Positions 1 to 12,569 of a stretch of DNA of 64,000 bases are shown here, one piece after another. Origin of the DNA: Candidatus Accumulibacter cognatus (lineage in GTDB: Bacteria > Pseudomonadota > Gammaproteobacteria > Burkholderiales > Rhodocyclaceae); the NCBI GenBank assembly GCA_013414765.1, contig CP058708.1:4630748-4694747 (forward strand), written 5' to 3'. The notes beneath the pieces are model-generated. The model saw nothing but the letters and a program-made list of their open reading frames with translations, searched no databases and had not been told where the DNA came from. A program made the position numbers and the translations under genes. Position 1 is the stretch's first letter, and each line of letters begins with the position of its first letter.

Positions 1-370
1 CCCAAGGGTATGGCTGTTCGCCATTTAAAGTGGTACGTGAGCTGGGTTTAAAACGTCGTGAGACAGTTTGGTCCCTATCTGCCGTGGGCGCTGGAAATTT
101 GAAGGGGGCTGCTCCTAGTACGAGAGGACCGGAGTGGACGAACCTCTGGTGTACCGGTTATGACGCCAGTCGTATTGCCGGGTAGCTAAGTTCGGAAGAG
201 ATAAACGCTGAAAGCATCTAAGCGTGAAACTCGCCTTAAGATGAGATTTCCCCGGGGACTTGATCCCCCTGAAGGGTCGTGGTAGACCACCACGTTGATA
301 GGCTGGATGTGGAAGCGCAGCAATGCGTTAAGCTAACCAGTACTAATTGCCCGTGCGGCTTGATCCTATA
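1..370 (+). rRNA. rrl: 23S rRNA, 3'-terminal portion (partial)
   Basis: Strong similarity to the conserved 23S 3' domain, e.g. GACAGTTTGGTCCCTATCTGCCGTGGGCG and the terminal ...AGCTAACCAGTACTAATTGCCCGTGCGGCTTGATCCT. Confidence 0.85.
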
Positions 371-476
371 ACCTTGAGCAGCAACTCGAACTCCCGTTCG
401 AGTCAATCACAACCCCGGAATGTGTTCCGGAACCCCTTCTTCCAGCGCACCCGCCTTGGCGGCGTGCGATCCTCTT

Positions 477-593
477 ACGCTTGGCGGCCATAGCCCTTTG
501 GACCCACCCCTTCCCATCCCGAACAGGACCGTGAAACGAAGGTACGCCGATGATAGTGCATACTTCATGTGTGAAAGTAGGTCACCGCCAGGC
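477..593 (+). rRNA. rrf: 5S rRNA
   Basis: CTTGGCGGCCATAGCC...CCCGAACAGGACCGTGAAAC...GCCGATGATAGTG...GAAAGTAGGTCACCGCCAGGC matches the beta-/gammaproteobacterial 5S consensus. Confidence 0.85.
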
Positions 594-606
594 TCCCCCC
601 TTTACC

Positions 607-641
607 AAAACCCTCCCGCATACTTGCGGCGAGGGTTTTTG
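607..641 (+). terminator. Rho-independent terminator of the rRNA operon
   Basis: GC-rich hairpin AAAACCCTCCCGCA-TAC-TTGCGGCGAGGG followed by TTTTT immediately after the 5S rRNA. Confidence 0.6.
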
Positions 642-919
642 GCTTTGCAACCATGAAAACGCTGTTACCCATTTAACCAAACATCCGTTTTCTGGAGACC
701 GAATATCCCGGAATTGAAATTCAAGGGCTCTTGATGATATCATCAGAAAATTTTGCTGATCCCGTCAGCAAAATATAGAGACGCATTTTCGTGATGCGTC
801 AGGCGTACTGACGAGGTACGTCCAACTACGCACATTCGCCTGTTCAAGGGTGCCCGCCAGAATGGCGGGCTGTAGGTGGGCGGATGGTGGTCAAACCCTG
901 ATATTGAAAGTAGGAACGT

Positions 920-1657
920 ATGTCTACAACAATGCGACAGATGCTTGAGGCTGGTGTTCATTTCGGCCATCAGACGAGATTCTGGAATCCCAAGATGGCG
1001 CCCTATATCTTTGGCGCCCGCAGCAAGATTCACATCGTCAACCTCGAAAAGACGCTGGCCAAGTATAACGAGGCCATGAATTTTGTTCGCCGGCTATCGG
1101 CCAACAAGGGCACCATCCTGTTTGTCGGAACCAAGCGCCAGGCGCGCGAAATCATGGCCGAGGAAGCGTCACGTTGTGCCTCCCCGTACGTCGATCAGCG
1201 CTGGCTGGGCGGCATGCTGACCAACTTCAAGACCATCAAGCAGTCGATCAAGCGTCTCAAGGAGATGGAAACCATGTGTGAAGATGGTTCCCTTGATCGG
1301 CTCGGCAAGAAAGAGGCACTGATGCTCACGCGCGAACTCGACAAAATGCACAAGTCGATCGGCGGCATCAAGAACATGGGATCGTTACCTGATGCCCTGT
1401 TTGTGGTTGACGTTGGTTACCACAAGATTGCCATCACCGAAGCAAACAAGCTGGGTATTCCGATTGTTGCGGTGGTCGATACCAATCATTCACCCGAGGG
1501 CATCGATTACATCATTCCTGGTAACGACGATTCCTCTCGCGCCATCCGTCTTTATGCTCGCGGCGTTGCTGATGCCGTTCTCGAGGGACGCAGCCAGTTC
1601 GTCGACGAAATCCTCGATGTTGTATCGGGCGACGAGTTTATTGAAGAAGAAGACTGA
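920..1657 (+). CDS. rpsB: 30S ribosomal protein S2
   Basis: 245-aa ORF; [19 protein letters not shown]... is a canonical S2 N-terminus; followed by tsf as in the conserved rpsB-tsf operon. Confidence 0.95.
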   Translation: MSTTMRQMLEAGVHFGHQTRFWNPKMAPYIFGARSKIHIVNLEKTLAKYNEAMNFVRRLSANKGTILFVGTKRQAREIMAEEASRCASPYVDQRWLGGMLTNFKTIKQSIKRLKEMETMCEDGSLDRLGKKEALMLTRELDKMHKSIGGIKNMGSLPDALFVVDVGYHKIAITEANKLGIPIVAVVDTNHSPEGIDYIIPGNDDSSRAIRLYARGVADAVLEGRSQFVDEILDVVSGDEFIEEED

Positions 1658-1785
1658 GCGACCGAGCGTCGGCTTTACCCCGCTGGCCGTGCGACTGGAC
1701 CTGTTCGCGGCCGGTTTGTTTTTCCTGAACGTATCGAATGAGCTACGGCCGGCGATTCTGGCCGGGACAGCAAGTGGAGACTGAA

Positions 1786-2682
1786 ATGGCGGAAATTACC
1801 GCAAGTATGGTGAAAGAGCTACGCGAAAGAACCGATGCGCCGATGATGGAGTGCAAACGGGCACTGACGGAGGCCGCCGGCGACCTCGCCAAAGCTGAAG
1901 AGATTCTGCGCGTCAAACTCGGTTCCAAGGCCAGCAAGGCGGCCAGTCGGATTACCGCCGAGGGTGTCGTGGCGATCCACAGATCGAATGACCACAAGCT
2001 TGGTGCAATGATCGAAATCAACTGCGAAACAGACTTTGTCGGCAAGAATGACGAATTTCTGAAATTGGCCAGAGATTGCGCGGTACTGGTCGCCGAGCAT
2101 GACCCGGCGGACGTGGCTGCTTTGTCGGCGTTGCCGATGGGCGAGGGCAGCGTCGAATCGACTCGTACTGCGCTGGTTGGCAAGATCGGCGAGAACATGT
2201 CGATCCGCCGTTTTGCGCGCATCACTGCCAAGGGCAGGCTTGCTGCCTATGTCCATGGCGGAGCCAAGATCGGTGTCCTCGTCGATTATCTTGGCGGTGA
2301 CGATCAGCTAGGCAAGGACCTGGCCATGCACATTGCCGCGACTAAACCGAAAGCGCTGGACTCATCGGGTGTAGCCGTTGATCTGATCGAGAGCGAACGG
2401 CGAATTGCCATCGAGAAAGCGCGCGAAGCCGGCAAGCCGGAAGCGTTGATCGAAAAGATTGCCGAAGGCTCGATTCAAAAGTTCCTGAATGAAGTGACAC
2501 TGCTTGGCCAAGTATTTGTCAAGGCCGAAGATGGCAAGCAAACTATCGCCCAATTGCTCAAGGCTAAGGGCGCTTCAGTTGCCGGATTCACGTTGTTCGT
2601 TGTCGGTGAGGGCATTGCCAAGCGGACCAACGACTTCGCTGCCGAGGTGGCCGCACAGGCTGCCGCTGCCGCGCAGAAGTAA
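1786..2682 (+). CDS. tsf: elongation factor Ts
   Basis: [27 protein letters not shown]... is the typical EF-Ts N-terminus; ATG at 1786 preferred over the longer 6-frame ORF. Confidence 0.95.
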   Translation: MAEITASMVKELRERTDAPMMECKRALTEAAGDLAKAEEILRVKLGSKASKAASRITAEGVVAIHRSNDHKLGAMIEINCETDFVGKNDEFLKLARDCAVLVAEHDPADVAALSALPMGEGSVESTRTALVGKIGENMSIRRFARITAKGRLAAYVHGGAKIGVLVDYLGGDDQLGKDLAMHIAATKPKALDSSGVAVDLIESERRIAIEKAREAGKPEALIEKIAEGSIQKFLNEVTLLGQVFVKAEDGKQTIAQLLKAKGASVAGFTLFVVGEGIAKRTNDFAAEVAAQAAAAAQK

Positions 2683-2724
2683 AGCACATACCTTCGATCG
2701 ACCAGACCTGCAGGAGCCACGCCG

Positions 2725-3447
2725 ATGTCCGAGACCTCGCCAAGCTATAAACGCATCCTTCTCAAGCTCTCGGGCGAGGCATTGATGGGTGGTGATGCTT
2801 ACGGCATCAACCGGCAGACGATCTGGGCCATCGTTGCAGAGATCAAGGGGGTTGTCGATCTGGGTGTGCAGGTCGGCGTGGTCATTGGCGGTGGCAACAT
2901 TTTTCGCGGTGTGGCGCCTGCCGCCCGAGGAATGGACCGTGCCCAGGCGGACTACATGGGCATGCTGGCGACGGTCATGAACGGCCTCGCGTTGCACGAT
3001 GCCATGCGGGCTGCCGGCATGGTCTCGCGGGTACAGTCGGCGCTGAACATTGAACAGGTGGTGGAGCCCTACATTCGTGCCAAGGCAATTCGATACCTGG
3101 AGCAAGGGCGGACAGTGATCTTTTCCGGGGGAACCGGTAATCCGTTCTTTACTACTGACACGGCTGCGGCCTTGCGCGGCGCAGAGATCGGTGCCGAAAT
3201 CGTGCTCAAGGCCACCAAGGTCGATGGCATCTACTCCGCCGATCCCAACAAGGATCCGCAGGCGACCCGTTATGATCGGATCAGCTTCGATGACGCGATC
3301 GCGCAAAATCTCGCGGTGATGGATGCCACCGCGTTTGCGCTGTGCCGCGATCAGAAGCTACCGATCAACGTCTTCTCGATATTCAAGCAGGGTGCACTGA
3401 AGCGGGTAGCGATGGGCGAAAAAGAGGGTACCCTGGTCTATTGCTGA
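2725..3447 (+). CDS. pyrH: UMP kinase
   Basis: [14 protein letters not shown]...GGGNIFRG motifs of PyrH. Confidence 0.95.
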   Translation: MSETSPSYKRILLKLSGEALMGGDAYGINRQTIWAIVAEIKGVVDLGVQVGVVIGGGNIFRGVAPAARGMDRAQADYMGMLATVMNGLALHDAMRAAGMVSRVQSALNIEQVVEPYIRAKAIRYLEQGRTVIFSGGTGNPFFTTDTAAALRGAEIGAEIVLKATKVDGIYSADPNKDPQATRYDRISFDDAIAQNLAVMDATAFALCRDQKLPINVFSIFKQGALKRVAMGEKEGTLVYC

Positions 3448-3458
3448 GGGAGATTGAG

Positions 3459-4019
3459 ATGTCCATAGCTGAAGTAAAGAGAACCGCTGAACACAAGATG
3501 CAGAGATCACTTGAGACACTCAGGGTCGATCTGGCGAAAGTACGGACGGGGCGTGCCCATATCGGCCTGCTCGATCATGTGCAGGTCGAGTACTACGGGT
3601 CGCATGTGCCAATCAACACGGTCGCCAACGTGACTGTGCTCGACGCCCGTACGCTTGGTGTCCAGGCCTGGGAAAAAGGGATGGCGGCAAAGGTCGAGAA
3701 AGCCATTCGTGACAGTGATTTGGGTCTAAATCCAGCAGCTCAGGGAGATCTGATCCGCGTACCGATGCCGGCTTTGACCGAGGAGAGGCGCCGTGATCTG
3801 ATCAAGGTGGTGAAGGGCGAGTGTGAAGGTGCCAAAGTTGCAGTGCGTAATTTGCGACGTGATGCCATCGCGACGCTCAAGGAAATGCTCAAGAACAAGG
3901 AATGCTCAGAGGATGAGGAGCATCGTGCCCAGGATGAAATCCAGAAGCTCACGGATCGCTATGTGGCGGAAATCGATAAGCAACTCAGCCACAAGGAAAC
4001 CGATTTGATGGCCATCTAG
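3459..4019 (+). CDS. frr: ribosome recycling factor
   Basis: [21 protein letters not shown]... is a typical RRF; conserved position after pyrH. Confidence 0.95.
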   Translation: MSIAEVKRTAEHKMQRSLETLRVDLAKVRTGRAHIGLLDHVQVEYYGSHVPINTVANVTVLDARTLGVQAWEKGMAAKVEKAIRDSDLGLNPAAQGDLIRVPMPALTEERRRDLIKVVKGECEGAKVAVRNLRRDAIATLKEMLKNKECSEDEEHRAQDEIQKLTDRYVAEIDKQLSHKETDLMAI

Positions 4020-4041
4020 CGACTACCGACGAGTGATCAGA

Positions 4042-4830
4042 ATGGGGTGCTTTGCCAGTTCAACCCGAGACGTTCCGACTGCATCGGTAGTCCCCCGCCA
4101 TGTCGCGATCATCATGGATGGCAATGGCCGTTGGGCCAAGAAACGCCTGTTGCCGCGCGTCGCCGGCCATCATCGTGGCGTTGAAACGGTGCGTACCATG
4201 GTCAGGGCCTGTCTTGAGCGCGGCATCGAATATCTGACGCTGTTTGCTTTCAGTTCAGAAAACTGGCGCCGTCCGCAGGAGGAAGTTTCACTGCTGATGC
4301 AGCTCTTCGTCCGCGCTCTCAAGGAAGAGGTCAAGAAGCTCGATCGTAACGGCGTTCGCCTGCGGGTGATCGGTGACCTCGAACGTTTTGATCCTGACCT
4401 GCAGGCACTGATCAAGGCATCGGAGAACCGTACGGCAGGCAACAGCCGCCTAACTCTGACGATCGCCGCGAATTATGGTGGACGCTGGGACATCCTGCAG
4501 GCGATCAACCGCATGTTGAGCAGTGACCCAGAGAAAGGCGCCGAATGGCAGGAAGCTGACCTGACGCCACATCTGGCGATGAGCTATGCGCCGGAACCGG
4601 ATCTGTTCATCCGTACCGGTGGAGAGCAGCGGATCAGCAACTTTCTGCTCTGGCAACTCGCGTATTCCGAGTTGTACTTTACCGAGGTGCTCTGGCCCGA
4701 GTTCGATTCGACTGCCTTTGACGCAGCCCTGGTCTCTTATCAGCAGCGCGAACGCCGGTTCGGGCGCACCAGCGAACAGTTGAGCGGTGCTTCTGCGGCA
4801 TCACCGACCGGATCGCGTATCGATGCTTAG
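4042..4830 (+). CDS. uppS: ditrans,polycis-undecaprenyl-diphosphate synthase
   Basis: [16 protein letters not shown] motif; ATG at 4042 chosen (the ORF track starts at a GTG at 4033). Confidence 0.9.
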   Translation: MGCFASSTRDVPTASVVPRHVAIIMDGNGRWAKKRLLPRVAGHHRGVETVRTMVRACLERGIEYLTLFAFSSENWRRPQEEVSLLMQLFVRALKEEVKKLDRNGVRLRVIGDLERFDPDLQALIKASENRTAGNSRLTLTIAANYGGRWDILQAINRMLSSDPEKGAEWQEADLTPHLAMSYAPEPDLFIRTGGEQRISNFLLWQLAYSELYFTEVLWPEFDSTAFDAALVSYQQRERRFGRTSEQLSGASAASPTGSRIDA

Positions 4831-5659
4831 GACGCGGGTGATCACCGCGATTGTCCTGTTTGCTGCCTTCTTTGGCGCGCTTTTTTACCTGCCACCGCTG
4901 GGTTGGCTGCTCTTCGTCACAGCGGTAGCCAGTATCGCTGCCTGGGAGTGGGGGGCGCTGATGCGCCTCAGTGCAGCGGGACAGGTTTCGCTGGGAGTCC
5001 TGTTGGCCGTCCTGTGTGCAATCGTGGCAGTTCTCCAACCAGGGGCGGTCGGTCTGGGTGCCGGCTTCGACGCTACCGCCTGGCGTCTCGGGGCCTATTT
5101 CTATTTGCCGGCTGCGGTTTTCTGGCTATTGCTGGTGCCAGTCTGGCTGCAACGGCGCTGGCCTCTTGCCAACCCTGTTCTCGCTCTGGCGACCGGCATG
5201 GTACTGCTCCTGCCAGTGTGGCTGGCGCTGATACAATTGCGACAAGCGGGGCCGCTAGCCCTGCTGGCGATCATGGCCATCGTCTGGCTGGCCGATATTG
5301 GCGCCTATTTTGCTGGTCGGAGCCTGGGGAAACACAAGCTGGCGCCCGGCATCAGTCCTGGCAAAACCTGGGAAGGTGCGATTGGTGGTGCGGTCGCAGT
5401 GCTCGCCTACGGATTGCTGATGTCATCGAGGATGCCCACCGGCCTGGCCGGTAACCTGCCGCTGTTGCTGCTGGTTCTGATGGTGTTGACGGCAATCAGC
5501 ATTCTGGGAGACCTGTTCGAGTCACTGCTCAAGCGCCAAGCGGGGCTCAAGGATAGCAGCAGCATCCTGCCCGGTCACGGAGGCGTACTTGACCGCATTG
5601 ACAGTCTTACTTCGACCCTGCCGCTGGTCGCCCTGGTCTGGTTGGTGACGCGGCTTTGA
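4823..5659 (+). CDS. cdsA: phosphatidate cytidylyltransferase
   Basis: Multi-TM protein with CdsA C-terminal signature (SxxKRxxGxKDSSxxxPGHGGxLDRxDS); start at ATG 4823 overlapping the uppS stop. Confidence 0.9.
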   Translation: MLRTRVITAIVLFAAFFGALFYLPPLGWLLFVTAVASIAAWEWGALMRLSAAGQVSLGVLLAVLCAIVAVLQPGAVGLGAGFDATAWRLGAYFYLPAAVFWLLLVPVWLQRRWPLANPVLALATGMVLLLPVWLALIQLRQAGPLALLAIMAIVWLADIGAYFAGRSLGKHKLAPGISPGKTWEGAIGGAVAVLAYGLLMSSRMPTGLAGNLPLLLLVLMVLTAISILGDLFESLLKRQAGLKDSSSILPGHGGVLDRIDSLTSTLPLVALVWLVTRL

Positions 5660-6861
5660 TGGCTTCCGGAACGGCCGTGCAGCAGCTCACGATTCTCGGA
5701 TCGACGGGGTCGATCGGGGTCAGTACGCTTGATGTACTGCGCCGCCACCGGCAACGTTATCGTGTCGTCGCTCTTTGCGCACACCGCCAAGCGGATCGTC
5801 TCTTCGAACAGTGTCTCGAGTTTCAGCCGCGCCATGCCGTTCTTGGCGAGCCTGCCCTGGCCGCCGACCTCGGTGCGCGGCTGGCGGCCGCAGGCTGTCC
5901 GACCAGGGTCGCGCATGGGCCCGAGGCGCTGATACGGATGGCACAGCTTCCCGAGGTCGATACGGTGATGGCTGCCATCGTTGGCGCAGCGGGCTTGCCG
6001 CCCACCCTGGCAGCAGCCGTCGCCGGCAAGAAAATTCTCCTGGCCAACAAGGAAGCCCTGGTCATGGCCGGATCGGTATTCATGCGGGCCGTGCGAGAAA
6101 ACGGTGCGACCCTGTTGCCGATTGACAGCGAACACAACGCCATCTTCCAATCTCTGCCAGCCAACTATCCCGGTGATCTGGCGGCCAGTGGCGTACTGGG
6201 ACTGTACCTCACCGCATCGGGGGGGCCATTTCTCGGGATGGCGACTGCCGACCTCGATGCCGTTAGCCCTGACGAGGCCTGCGCCCATCCGAACTGGGTC
6301 ATGGGACGAAAGATCTCGGTCGATTGCGCGACGATGATGAACAAGGGCCTGGAGGTCATCGAGGCCCACTGGTTGTTCAACGTCCCTGCCGAACGGATTC
6401 AGGTGGTCATCCATCCACAAAGCGTGATTCATTCGCTGGTTCAATACGTCGACGGCTCGGTGATCGCCGAACTGGGAAACCCGGACATGCGCACACCGAT
6501 TGCACATGCCCTGGCCTATCCACAGCGCATCGCCGCCGGTGTTGAGCCGCTGGACCTCTCCCAGGTCGCCTCACTGCATTTCGAGAGACCCGATCTGGCG
6601 CGCTTCCCGTGTCTGGCCCTCGCTTATCGTGCGCTCAGCGAGGGGGGTAGTGCGTCGACGACGCTGAATGCCGCCAATGAAGTGGCAGTACAAGCCTTTC
6701 TCGAACGGAAGATTGCCTTCACGGCAATTGCCCGCGTGATCGCAACGGTCATGGACCAGTTGCCGGCAGGAGTAGCTCTTGGCTCGCTGGATGAGGTGCT
6801 GACAGCCGATCGGGTAGCGCGTGCAGCCGCTGAGCAATTGATCGCGAGGAGTTCCGGATGA
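5659..6861 (+). CDS. dxr: 1-deoxy-D-xylulose 5-phosphate reductoisomerase
   Basis: [23 protein letters not shown]-binding N-terminus; start overlaps the cdsA stop (TGATG). Confidence 0.95.
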   Translation: MASGTAVQQLTILGSTGSIGVSTLDVLRRHRQRYRVVALCAHRQADRLFEQCLEFQPRHAVLGEPALAADLGARLAAAGCPTRVAHGPEALIRMAQLPEVDTVMAAIVGAAGLPPTLAAAVAGKKILLANKEALVMAGSVFMRAVRENGATLLPIDSEHNAIFQSLPANYPGDLAASGVLGLYLTASGGPFLGMATADLDAVSPDEACAHPNWVMGRKISVDCATMMNKGLEVIEAHWLFNVPAERIQVVIHPQSVIHSLVQYVDGSVIAELGNPDMRTPIAHALAYPQRIAAGVEPLDLSQVASLHFERPDLARFPCLALAYRALSEGGSASTTLNAANEVAVQAFLERKIAFTAIARVIATVMDQLPAGVALGSLDEVLTADRVARAAAEQLIARSSG

Positions 6862-8228
6862 GTGGTTTTTTTTACTACCTGGCTGCTTTTGCGCTGGTGC
6901 TGGGAATCCTGGTCGTCGTTCACGAGTTTGGGCACTATCTCGCCGCGCGCTGGGCCGGGGTCAAGGTCCTGCGCTTTTCGGTCGGTTTTGGCCGAACGCT
7001 CTGGTCGAGGCGCTGGGGTCAGGACGGGACCGAGTGGGCTATCGCCGCATTCCCGCTCGGCGGCTATGTCAAAATGCTCGACGAGCGTGAAGGGGAGGTG
7101 GCTGCCGAAGAACTGCACCGCAGCTTCAATCGGCAGCCTGTGTGCTGGCGGATGGTGATCGTCGCCGCCGGACCAGCGGCCAACTTTGCGCTGGCCGTTC
7201 TGATCTACTGGGGACTTTTCTGGCACGGAACTGAAGAATTCAAGCCGATTCTCGGCAGTCCGGCAATCGCCAGTCCTGCGGCCGCGGCTGGTCTGCAAGA
7301 CGGTGAACAGGTTCTGCGGGTGAGCGGCGAAAAGGTTCAGACCTGGCAGGAGATGCGGTGGCTCCTGCTGCAACGGGCTGCCGAGCATGACCAGATCGAC
7401 CTCGAGGTGATCAATGCGGCCAACGAAATTGTCATCCGCCGGGTGGATGTCTCGTCAGTGCGCCGCTCGGGCTGGCAAGGAGACGCGCTCGAACAACTGG
7501 GTTTTGCTCTTTACCGCCCGCGCTTACCACCGGTACTCGGCAAGATCAATGTGAACAGTGCTGCGGAAGCTGCCGGACTGCGTTCGGGAGATGAAATTCT
7601 GAGTATTGGCGAGCAGGTCATCGATAGTTGGGCGGAGGTCGTGCGTGAGGTTCGCCAGTCGCCGGAAAAAACGCTGCGGGTCGAGGTGCTGAGGGATGGC
7701 GCGCGCATCGAGATGTCGGTGACGCCGGTTGCCGTAGACGAGCGGGGGAGCACCATCGGTCGCATTGGCGCGGCGGTCAGCGACTACAGCCAGGCACGTA
7801 CGGCCTTGATGATCACCGTCAGTTACGGGCCTTGGTCGGCGTTTCGCAAGGCGGTCGGCGAGACCTGGGAAAAATCGGTGTTTACCCTGCTGATGATCGG
7901 CAAAATGGTGACCGGGGAGGTGTCTTGGCGAAATATCAGCGGGCCGGTCACCATTGCCGACTACGCTGGCCAGTCGGCAAGACTGGGAATCGACTACTAC
8001 CTGAAATTTCTCGCTTTGGTCAGCATCAGCCTCGGCGTCCTCAATCTGCTGCCGATCCCGATTCTGGATGGCGGGCATTTGCTGTATTATCTCGTCGAAA
8101 TCATCAAGCGTGGGCCAGTTTCCGAACGTGCCATGGAAATTGGTCAGCAAATCGGTCTGACTTTCCTGATCATGCTTATGGCGTTTGCCTTCTACAACGA
8201 CATCAATCGACTACTGTTCTCCGGCTGA
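6858..8228 (+). CDS. rseP: RIP site-2 zinc metalloprotease RseP
   Basis: HEFGHY zinc motif, PDZ region, C-terminal LDGG motif; ATGA overlap with dxr. Confidence 0.95.
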   Translation: MSGFFYYLAAFALVLGILVVVHEFGHYLAARWAGVKVLRFSVGFGRTLWSRRWGQDGTEWAIAAFPLGGYVKMLDEREGEVAAEELHRSFNRQPVCWRMVIVAAGPAANFALAVLIYWGLFWHGTEEFKPILGSPAIASPAAAAGLQDGEQVLRVSGEKVQTWQEMRWLLLQRAAEHDQIDLEVINAANEIVIRRVDVSSVRRSGWQGDALEQLGFALYRPRLPPVLGKINVNSAAEAAGLRSGDEILSIGEQVIDSWAEVVREVRQSPEKTLRVEVLRDGARIEMSVTPVAVDERGSTIGRIGAAVSDYSQARTALMITVSYGPWSAFRKAVGETWEKSVFTLLMIGKMVTGEVSWRNISGPVTIADYAGQSARLGIDYYLKFLALVSISLGVLNLLPIPILDGGHLLYYLVEIIKRGPVSERAMEIGQQIGLTFLIMLMAFAFYNDINRLLFSG

Positions 8229-8232
8229 GCTT

Positions 8233-10515
8233 ATGAAGAAAAACCTGCGCGCAGGTCTGTTGGCTACCCTTGTTGTCTCTGGCGCAGCGGCGGTGGAACC
8301 GTTCACGGTCAAGGATATCCGCCTTGAAGGCATTCAAAGGGTGGAGGCCGGTACGGTTTTCAGCTACCTGCCGGTCAAGGTCGGCGACACAATGACTGAC
8401 GAAAAGGCTGCGCAGGCCATCAAGACCTTGTTCGCCACAGGATTCTTCAAGGACGTCCGGATTGAAACCGATGGTCCGGTGCTGATCGTCGTGCTTGAGG
8501 AGCGGCCGGCCATCGCACAGATCGATTTTGTCGGTTTGAAGGAGTTCGAGAAGGATCAGCTGATCAAGGGTCTGAAGGAAGTGGGTGTCGCGGTGTCGCG
8601 GACCTTCGACCGAGCCACGCTCGAAAAGGCCGAACAGGAATTGAAACGCCAATACCTGTCACGTGGTCGCTACGCGGCGACGATCACCACCACGATTACA
8701 CCGCTGGATCGAAACCGCGTGGCGATCAATTTCAATATCGATGAAGGCGAGACTGCCAGGATCAAGCAGATCAACATCGTCGGCGCGCAGGCCTTCCGGG
8801 AAAAAGAACTCCTTTCCGTGCTGCAGCAGCAGACCCCTACCTGGATCAGTTGGTACACCAAGAGTGACCAGTATTCAAAGCAGAAACTGTCGGCCGATCT
8901 CGAAACCTTGCGCTCGTATTACCTTGATCGCGGCTACCTGGAGTTCAGTATCGAGTCGACGCAGGTCTCGATTACTCCAGACAAAAAGGAAATCTACATC
9001 ACGATCAGTATCAACGAGGGCGATCGCTACTTCGTTTCATCGGTCAAATTGGCGGGCGATCTGACGCTCTCCGAGGAAGAGTTCAAGAAGGCAGTCAAGA
9101 TCAAGCCAGGAGACGTCTTTTCCCGCGAGAAAGTGAACGAGAGCACCAAAGCCATTGCCGACAAACTGGGTGCTCAAGGTTATGCGTTTGCCAATATCAA
9201 TGCAGCACCGGAGCTCGATAAGCAAAAGCATCAGGTCGCGTTTACGATCTTCGTCGATCCGGGAAAGCGGACCTACGTGCGCAGGATCAATGTCACAGGC
9301 AACACCAAGACGCGTGACGAAGTCATTCGTCAGGAAATGCGTCAGATGGAAGGGGGCTGGTACGACGCTGAGCGGGTGGCCGCGTCACGCGAGCGAATCG
9401 ACCGAACCGGTTATTTTGGCGAGGTCAATGTGGAAACCCCACCGGTTCCCGGAACCATTGACCTGGTTGATGTGAATGTCAATGTGACCGAAAAATCGAC
9501 GGGCAACATCTCGATCGGTGCTGGCTATTCGAGTGCAGAAAAGGTCATTCTCTCCGGATCGATCTCGCAATCGAACATCTTTGGCAGCGGCAAGTTCCTG
9601 TCGCTGCAGGTGAACACCGGCAAACTCAACCGCACACTGGCGATCAACTACACCAATCCTTATTTCACGGTTGATGGCATCAGCCAGGGCTTCGACCTTT
9701 ACGACCGGCGAGTCAACCCGACCTCGCTGGGCTATGCCTTCCAGTCCGAATCCATTGGTGGCGGCATCCGCTTCGGCTACCCGATCAGTGAGAAGGAGAC
9801 ACTCAGCTTCGGCTTGGCGATCGATCAGACGACGATCGACATTACTCCCGTCACGGCCGCCACACCGCCCCAGTACATCAAGTTCAGGGCTGAACATGGT
9901 GACTCGAATGTCACGGTACCGGCGACCGTGACGTGGACCAGCGATACCCGGAACAGCTCGATTTATCCGACCTCCGGTGGCATCCAGCGTGCCGCTGTCG
10001 AGGTCGCCATCCCGGGCGTGGACCTGTCGTTCTATCGATTGACCTACAAGAACGAACGCTACTTTTCCTTGACCAAGGATTTGGTTCTGGCGCTGATGGG
10101 TGAAGTTGGATATGCGAACGGTCTGAGCGGACAGAGCTTGCCGTTCTACAAGAATTTCTACGCTGGCGGTATCGGATCGGTACGCGGCTATCAGACTGCC
10201 AGCCTCGGTCCGGTGGATCCGCTTTATCCCGACACCTATCTTGGCGGTACCAGCAAGGCGGTGTTCAATGTCGAGCTGCTAATGCCGCTGCCGGGTTTCG
10301 ACAAATCCGTCCGCTTCGGTCCATTCTTTGACGCAGGGAACGTGTTTACCAATCACTATTCCTACTCGAAGGAAGGCCTGGCGATGTCGGCCGGACTGAC
10401 TGCGGCCTGGATCTCGCCACTGGGACCCTTGAAATTCAGCTATGGTCAGCCGATCAACGAAGTCAGTACTGCTAAACTACAGAAGTTCCAGTTCCAGATG
10501 GGAACAACCTTTTAA
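8233..10515 (+). CDS. bamA: outer membrane protein assembly factor BamA
   Basis: Signal peptide, five POTRA-like repeats, C-terminal beta-barrel ending in an aromatic residue (MGTTF). Confidence 0.95.
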   Translation: MKKNLRAGLLATLVVSGAAAVEPFTVKDIRLEGIQRVEAGTVFSYLPVKVGDTMTDEKAAQAIKTLFATGFFKDVRIETDGPVLIVVLEERPAIAQIDFVGLKEFEKDQLIKGLKEVGVAVSRTFDRATLEKAEQELKRQYLSRGRYAATITTTITPLDRNRVAINFNIDEGETARIKQINIVGAQAFREKELLSVLQQQTPTWISWYTKSDQYSKQKLSADLETLRSYYLDRGYLEFSIESTQVSITPDKKEIYITISINEGDRYFVSSVKLAGDLTLSEEEFKKAVKIKPGDVFSREKVNESTKAIADKLGAQGYAFANINAAPELDKQKHQVAFTIFVDPGKRTYVRRINVTGNTKTRDEVIRQEMRQMEGGWYDAERVAASRERIDRTGYFGEVNVETPPVPGTIDLVDVNVNVTEKSTGNISIGAGYSSAEKVILSGSISQSNIFGSGKFLSLQVNTGKLNRTLAINYTNPYFTVDGISQGFDLYDRRVNPTSLGYAFQSESIGGGIRFGYPISEKETLSFGLAIDQTTIDITPVTAATPPQYIKFRAEHGDSNVTVPATVTWTSDTRNSSIYPTSGGIQRAAVEVAIPGVDLSFYRLTYKNERYFSLTKDLVLALMGEVGYANGLSGQSLPFYKNFYAGGIGSVRGYQTASLGPVDPLYPDTYLGGTSKAVFNVELLMPLPGFDKSVRFGPFFDAGNVFTNHYSYSKEGLAMSAGLTAAWISPLGPLKFSYGQPINEVSTAKLQKFQFQMGTTF

Positions 10516-10530
10516 TCTAGGAGAATTAGC

Positions 10531-11049
10531 TTGAAGAAGACGATTGCCAGGCTGCTGGTTGCGTTGATGGGCTCGCTGCCGGTGACTTACGCGTCGGCGG
10601 TAGACCAGTTGAAGATCGGTTACGTCAATACCCAGCGTCTTTTCCGAGATGCACCCGCAGCCGTCAAGGCAGCCAAGAAGATCGAGCAGGAATTCTCCAA
10701 GCGAGACCAGGATTTGCAGCGCCTGGCCAAACAGGTCCAAGGCCTGCAGGAAGTGCTCGAAAAAGGCGGACTGACGATGTCGGAATCGGATCGCCGCAGC
10801 AAGGAAAAGGATCTCGGTGAATTGTCGAGAGAGTTTCAGCGCAAGCAGCGCGAGTTCCGCGAGGATCTGAACCTGCGCCAGAATGAAGAGAATGCGGCGA
10901 TCATTGAAAAGGCCAACAAGGCGATCAAGCAGCTCGCCGATAACGAGAAGTACGACTTGATCGTTCAGGATGTGGTCTGGGTGAGTCCGAAACTCGATAT
11001 CACCGATAAAGTCATCAAGGCCTTGTCCGATCCCCAGTCAGCTAAGTAA
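10531..11049 (+). CDS. skp: periplasmic chaperone Skp (OmpH)
   Basis: 172 aa, signal peptide, charged coiled-coil-rich; conserved bamA-skp-lpxD order; apparent TTG start with an AGGAG RBS upstream. Confidence 0.85.
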   Translation: MKKTIARLLVALMGSLPVTYASAVDQLKIGYVNTQRLFRDAPAAVKAAKKIEQEFSKRDQDLQRLAKQVQGLQEVLEKGGLTMSESDRRSKEKDLGELSREFQRKQREFREDLNLRQNEENAAIIEKANKAIKQLADNEKYDLIVQDVVWVSPKLDITDKVIKALSDPQSAK

Positions 11050-11082
11050 GCGTTGCCAATTGTTCAGTTCGACGGAGTGCAT

Positions 11083-12114
11083 GTGTCAGGAGGTCTGCGC
11101 CTAGACGAAATCGTCGCCCGTCTGGGAGGGATGTTGCAAGGTGACGGATCGTTGGTCGTTTCGCAAGTCGGTTCGCTGCTCTCGGCTGGGGCAGGTGAAA
11201 TCGCGTTTATCGCCAGCCCGAAATACCGCGCGCAATTGAAGAGGACGAAGGCCGCGGCAGTGATCGTTCCGCCGCAGTTTGCCAACGACACGACGCTGCC
11301 CCACATCATTCATCAGAACCCCTATGCCTACTACGCGCGGGTCGTGGGGCTGCTCAATCCGGCTTTGCCAGGCCGCTCCGGCGTACATCCCGGCGCAGTG
11401 GTCAACTCGCCCCTGCCGGCATCGGTAAGCGTCGGGGCAAACGCGGTGATCGGTGACGGCGTGCGCATTGGCGAAAACGTGACGATATATCCGGGATGTG
11501 TGCTTGGTGACGGGGTAGCTATTGGCGATGATTCGGTCCTCCACGCAAATGTGGTCGTATATGACCACTGCGTGATCGGCCGGCGCGCCGTCATCCACGC
11601 CGGCGCAGTCATCGGTGCAGATGGCTTCGGCTTTGCCAAGGATGGGCAGCACTGGGTCAAAATTCCGCAAATCGGCCGCGTGGTGATCGGTGACGACGTC
11701 GAGATCGGCGCCAATACCTCGATCGATCGCGGTGCCCTCGACGATACCGTGATCGGCAACGGCGTCAAGCTCGACAACCAGATTCAGGTTGCGCACAACG
11801 TCAGCATTGGCGACCATACCGCGATGGCCGGCTGTGTCGGCATTGCCGGCAGCGCCAGGATCGGTCGTCGATGTACCGTCGGGGGTGCGGCAATGATCAG
11901 TGGCCACCTGGAAATTGCCGACGATGTGCATGTTTCGGCCGGTACCCTGGTTGCCAAGAGCCTCAGCCAACCCGGCGCCTATACCGGCATTTTTCCACTC
12001 GCAACACACCACGAGTGGTTACACAACGCGGCACAGATCAAGCGTCTGGTAAAACTTGCCGAGCGCGTTGCCGAACTCGAGAAGACAATCCAACTGATGG
12101 GGAAAACGTCTTGA
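11083..12114 (+). CDS. lpxD: UDP-3-O-acylglucosamine N-acyltransferase
   Basis: Left-handed beta-helix hexapeptide repeats and an LpxD-like N-terminus; probable GTG start at 11083 with a GGAG RBS (the ORF track extends to a TTG at 11053). Confidence 0.9.
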   Translation: MSGGLRLDEIVARLGGMLQGDGSLVVSQVGSLLSAGAGEIAFIASPKYRAQLKRTKAAAVIVPPQFANDTTLPHIIHQNPYAYYARVVGLLNPALPGRSGVHPGAVVNSPLPASVSVGANAVIGDGVRIGENVTIYPGCVLGDGVAIGDDSVLHANVVVYDHCVIGRRAVIHAGAVIGADGFGFAKDGQHWVKIPQIGRVVIGDDVEIGANTSIDRGALDDTVIGNGVKLDNQIQVAHNVSIGDHTAMAGCVGIAGSARIGRRCTVGGAAMISGHLEIADDVHVSAGTLVAKSLSQPGAYTGIFPLATHHEWLHNAAQIKRLVKLAERVAELEKTIQLMGKTS

Positions 12115-12119
12115 ACGCA

Positions 12120-12569
12120 ATGGACATTCACGAGATCATCGGGCAATTGCCACACCGCTACCCCTTCCTGCTGGTCGACCGGGTGCTCAAGTGTGAGCCC
12201 GGTAAATCCATCCACGCCTACAAGAACGTGAGCATCAACGAACCGTTTTTTACGGGTCACTTCCCGCATTATCCAGTGATGCCCGGCGTTCTGATCATGG
12301 AAGCACTGGCGCAGGCGGCTGGTATCCTGTCGTTCAAGACGCTCGGCGAAAAGCCCGACATGACCTCGCTGTTCTACTTCGTCGGCATCGACAAGGCGCG
12401 CTTCAAGAAGACCGTCGCTGCCGGCGACCAGTTGCATCTGCACGTGGATATCCAGCGTCAGTTTCGCAACATCTGGAAGTTCAGGGCAGAGGCGCGTGTG
12501 GACGGCGAGGTCGTGGCAGACGCCGAGTTGATGTGCGCTAAAAGTAACCTGGTCAAGACCACGGGATGA
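12120..12569 (+). CDS. fabZ: 3-hydroxyacyl-ACP dehydratase FabZ
   Basis: [14 protein letters not shown]...[10 protein letters not shown] hot-dog dehydratase motifs. Confidence 0.9.
   Translation: MDIHEIIGQLPHRYPFLLVDRVLKCEPGKSIHAYKNVSINEPFFTGHFPHYPVMPGVLIMEALAQAAGILSFKTLGEKPDMTSLFYFVGIDKARFKKTVAAGDQLHLHVDIQRQFRNIWKFRAEARVDGEVVADAELMCAKSNLVKTTG

Noticed and set aside
5575-7388. Long minus-strand ORFs (310 aa, 254 aa) overlapping dxr and rseP
   Set aside because: Antisense ORFs typical of high-GC genomes, with Arg/Gly/Pro-rich composition. The sense-strand genes are unambiguous.
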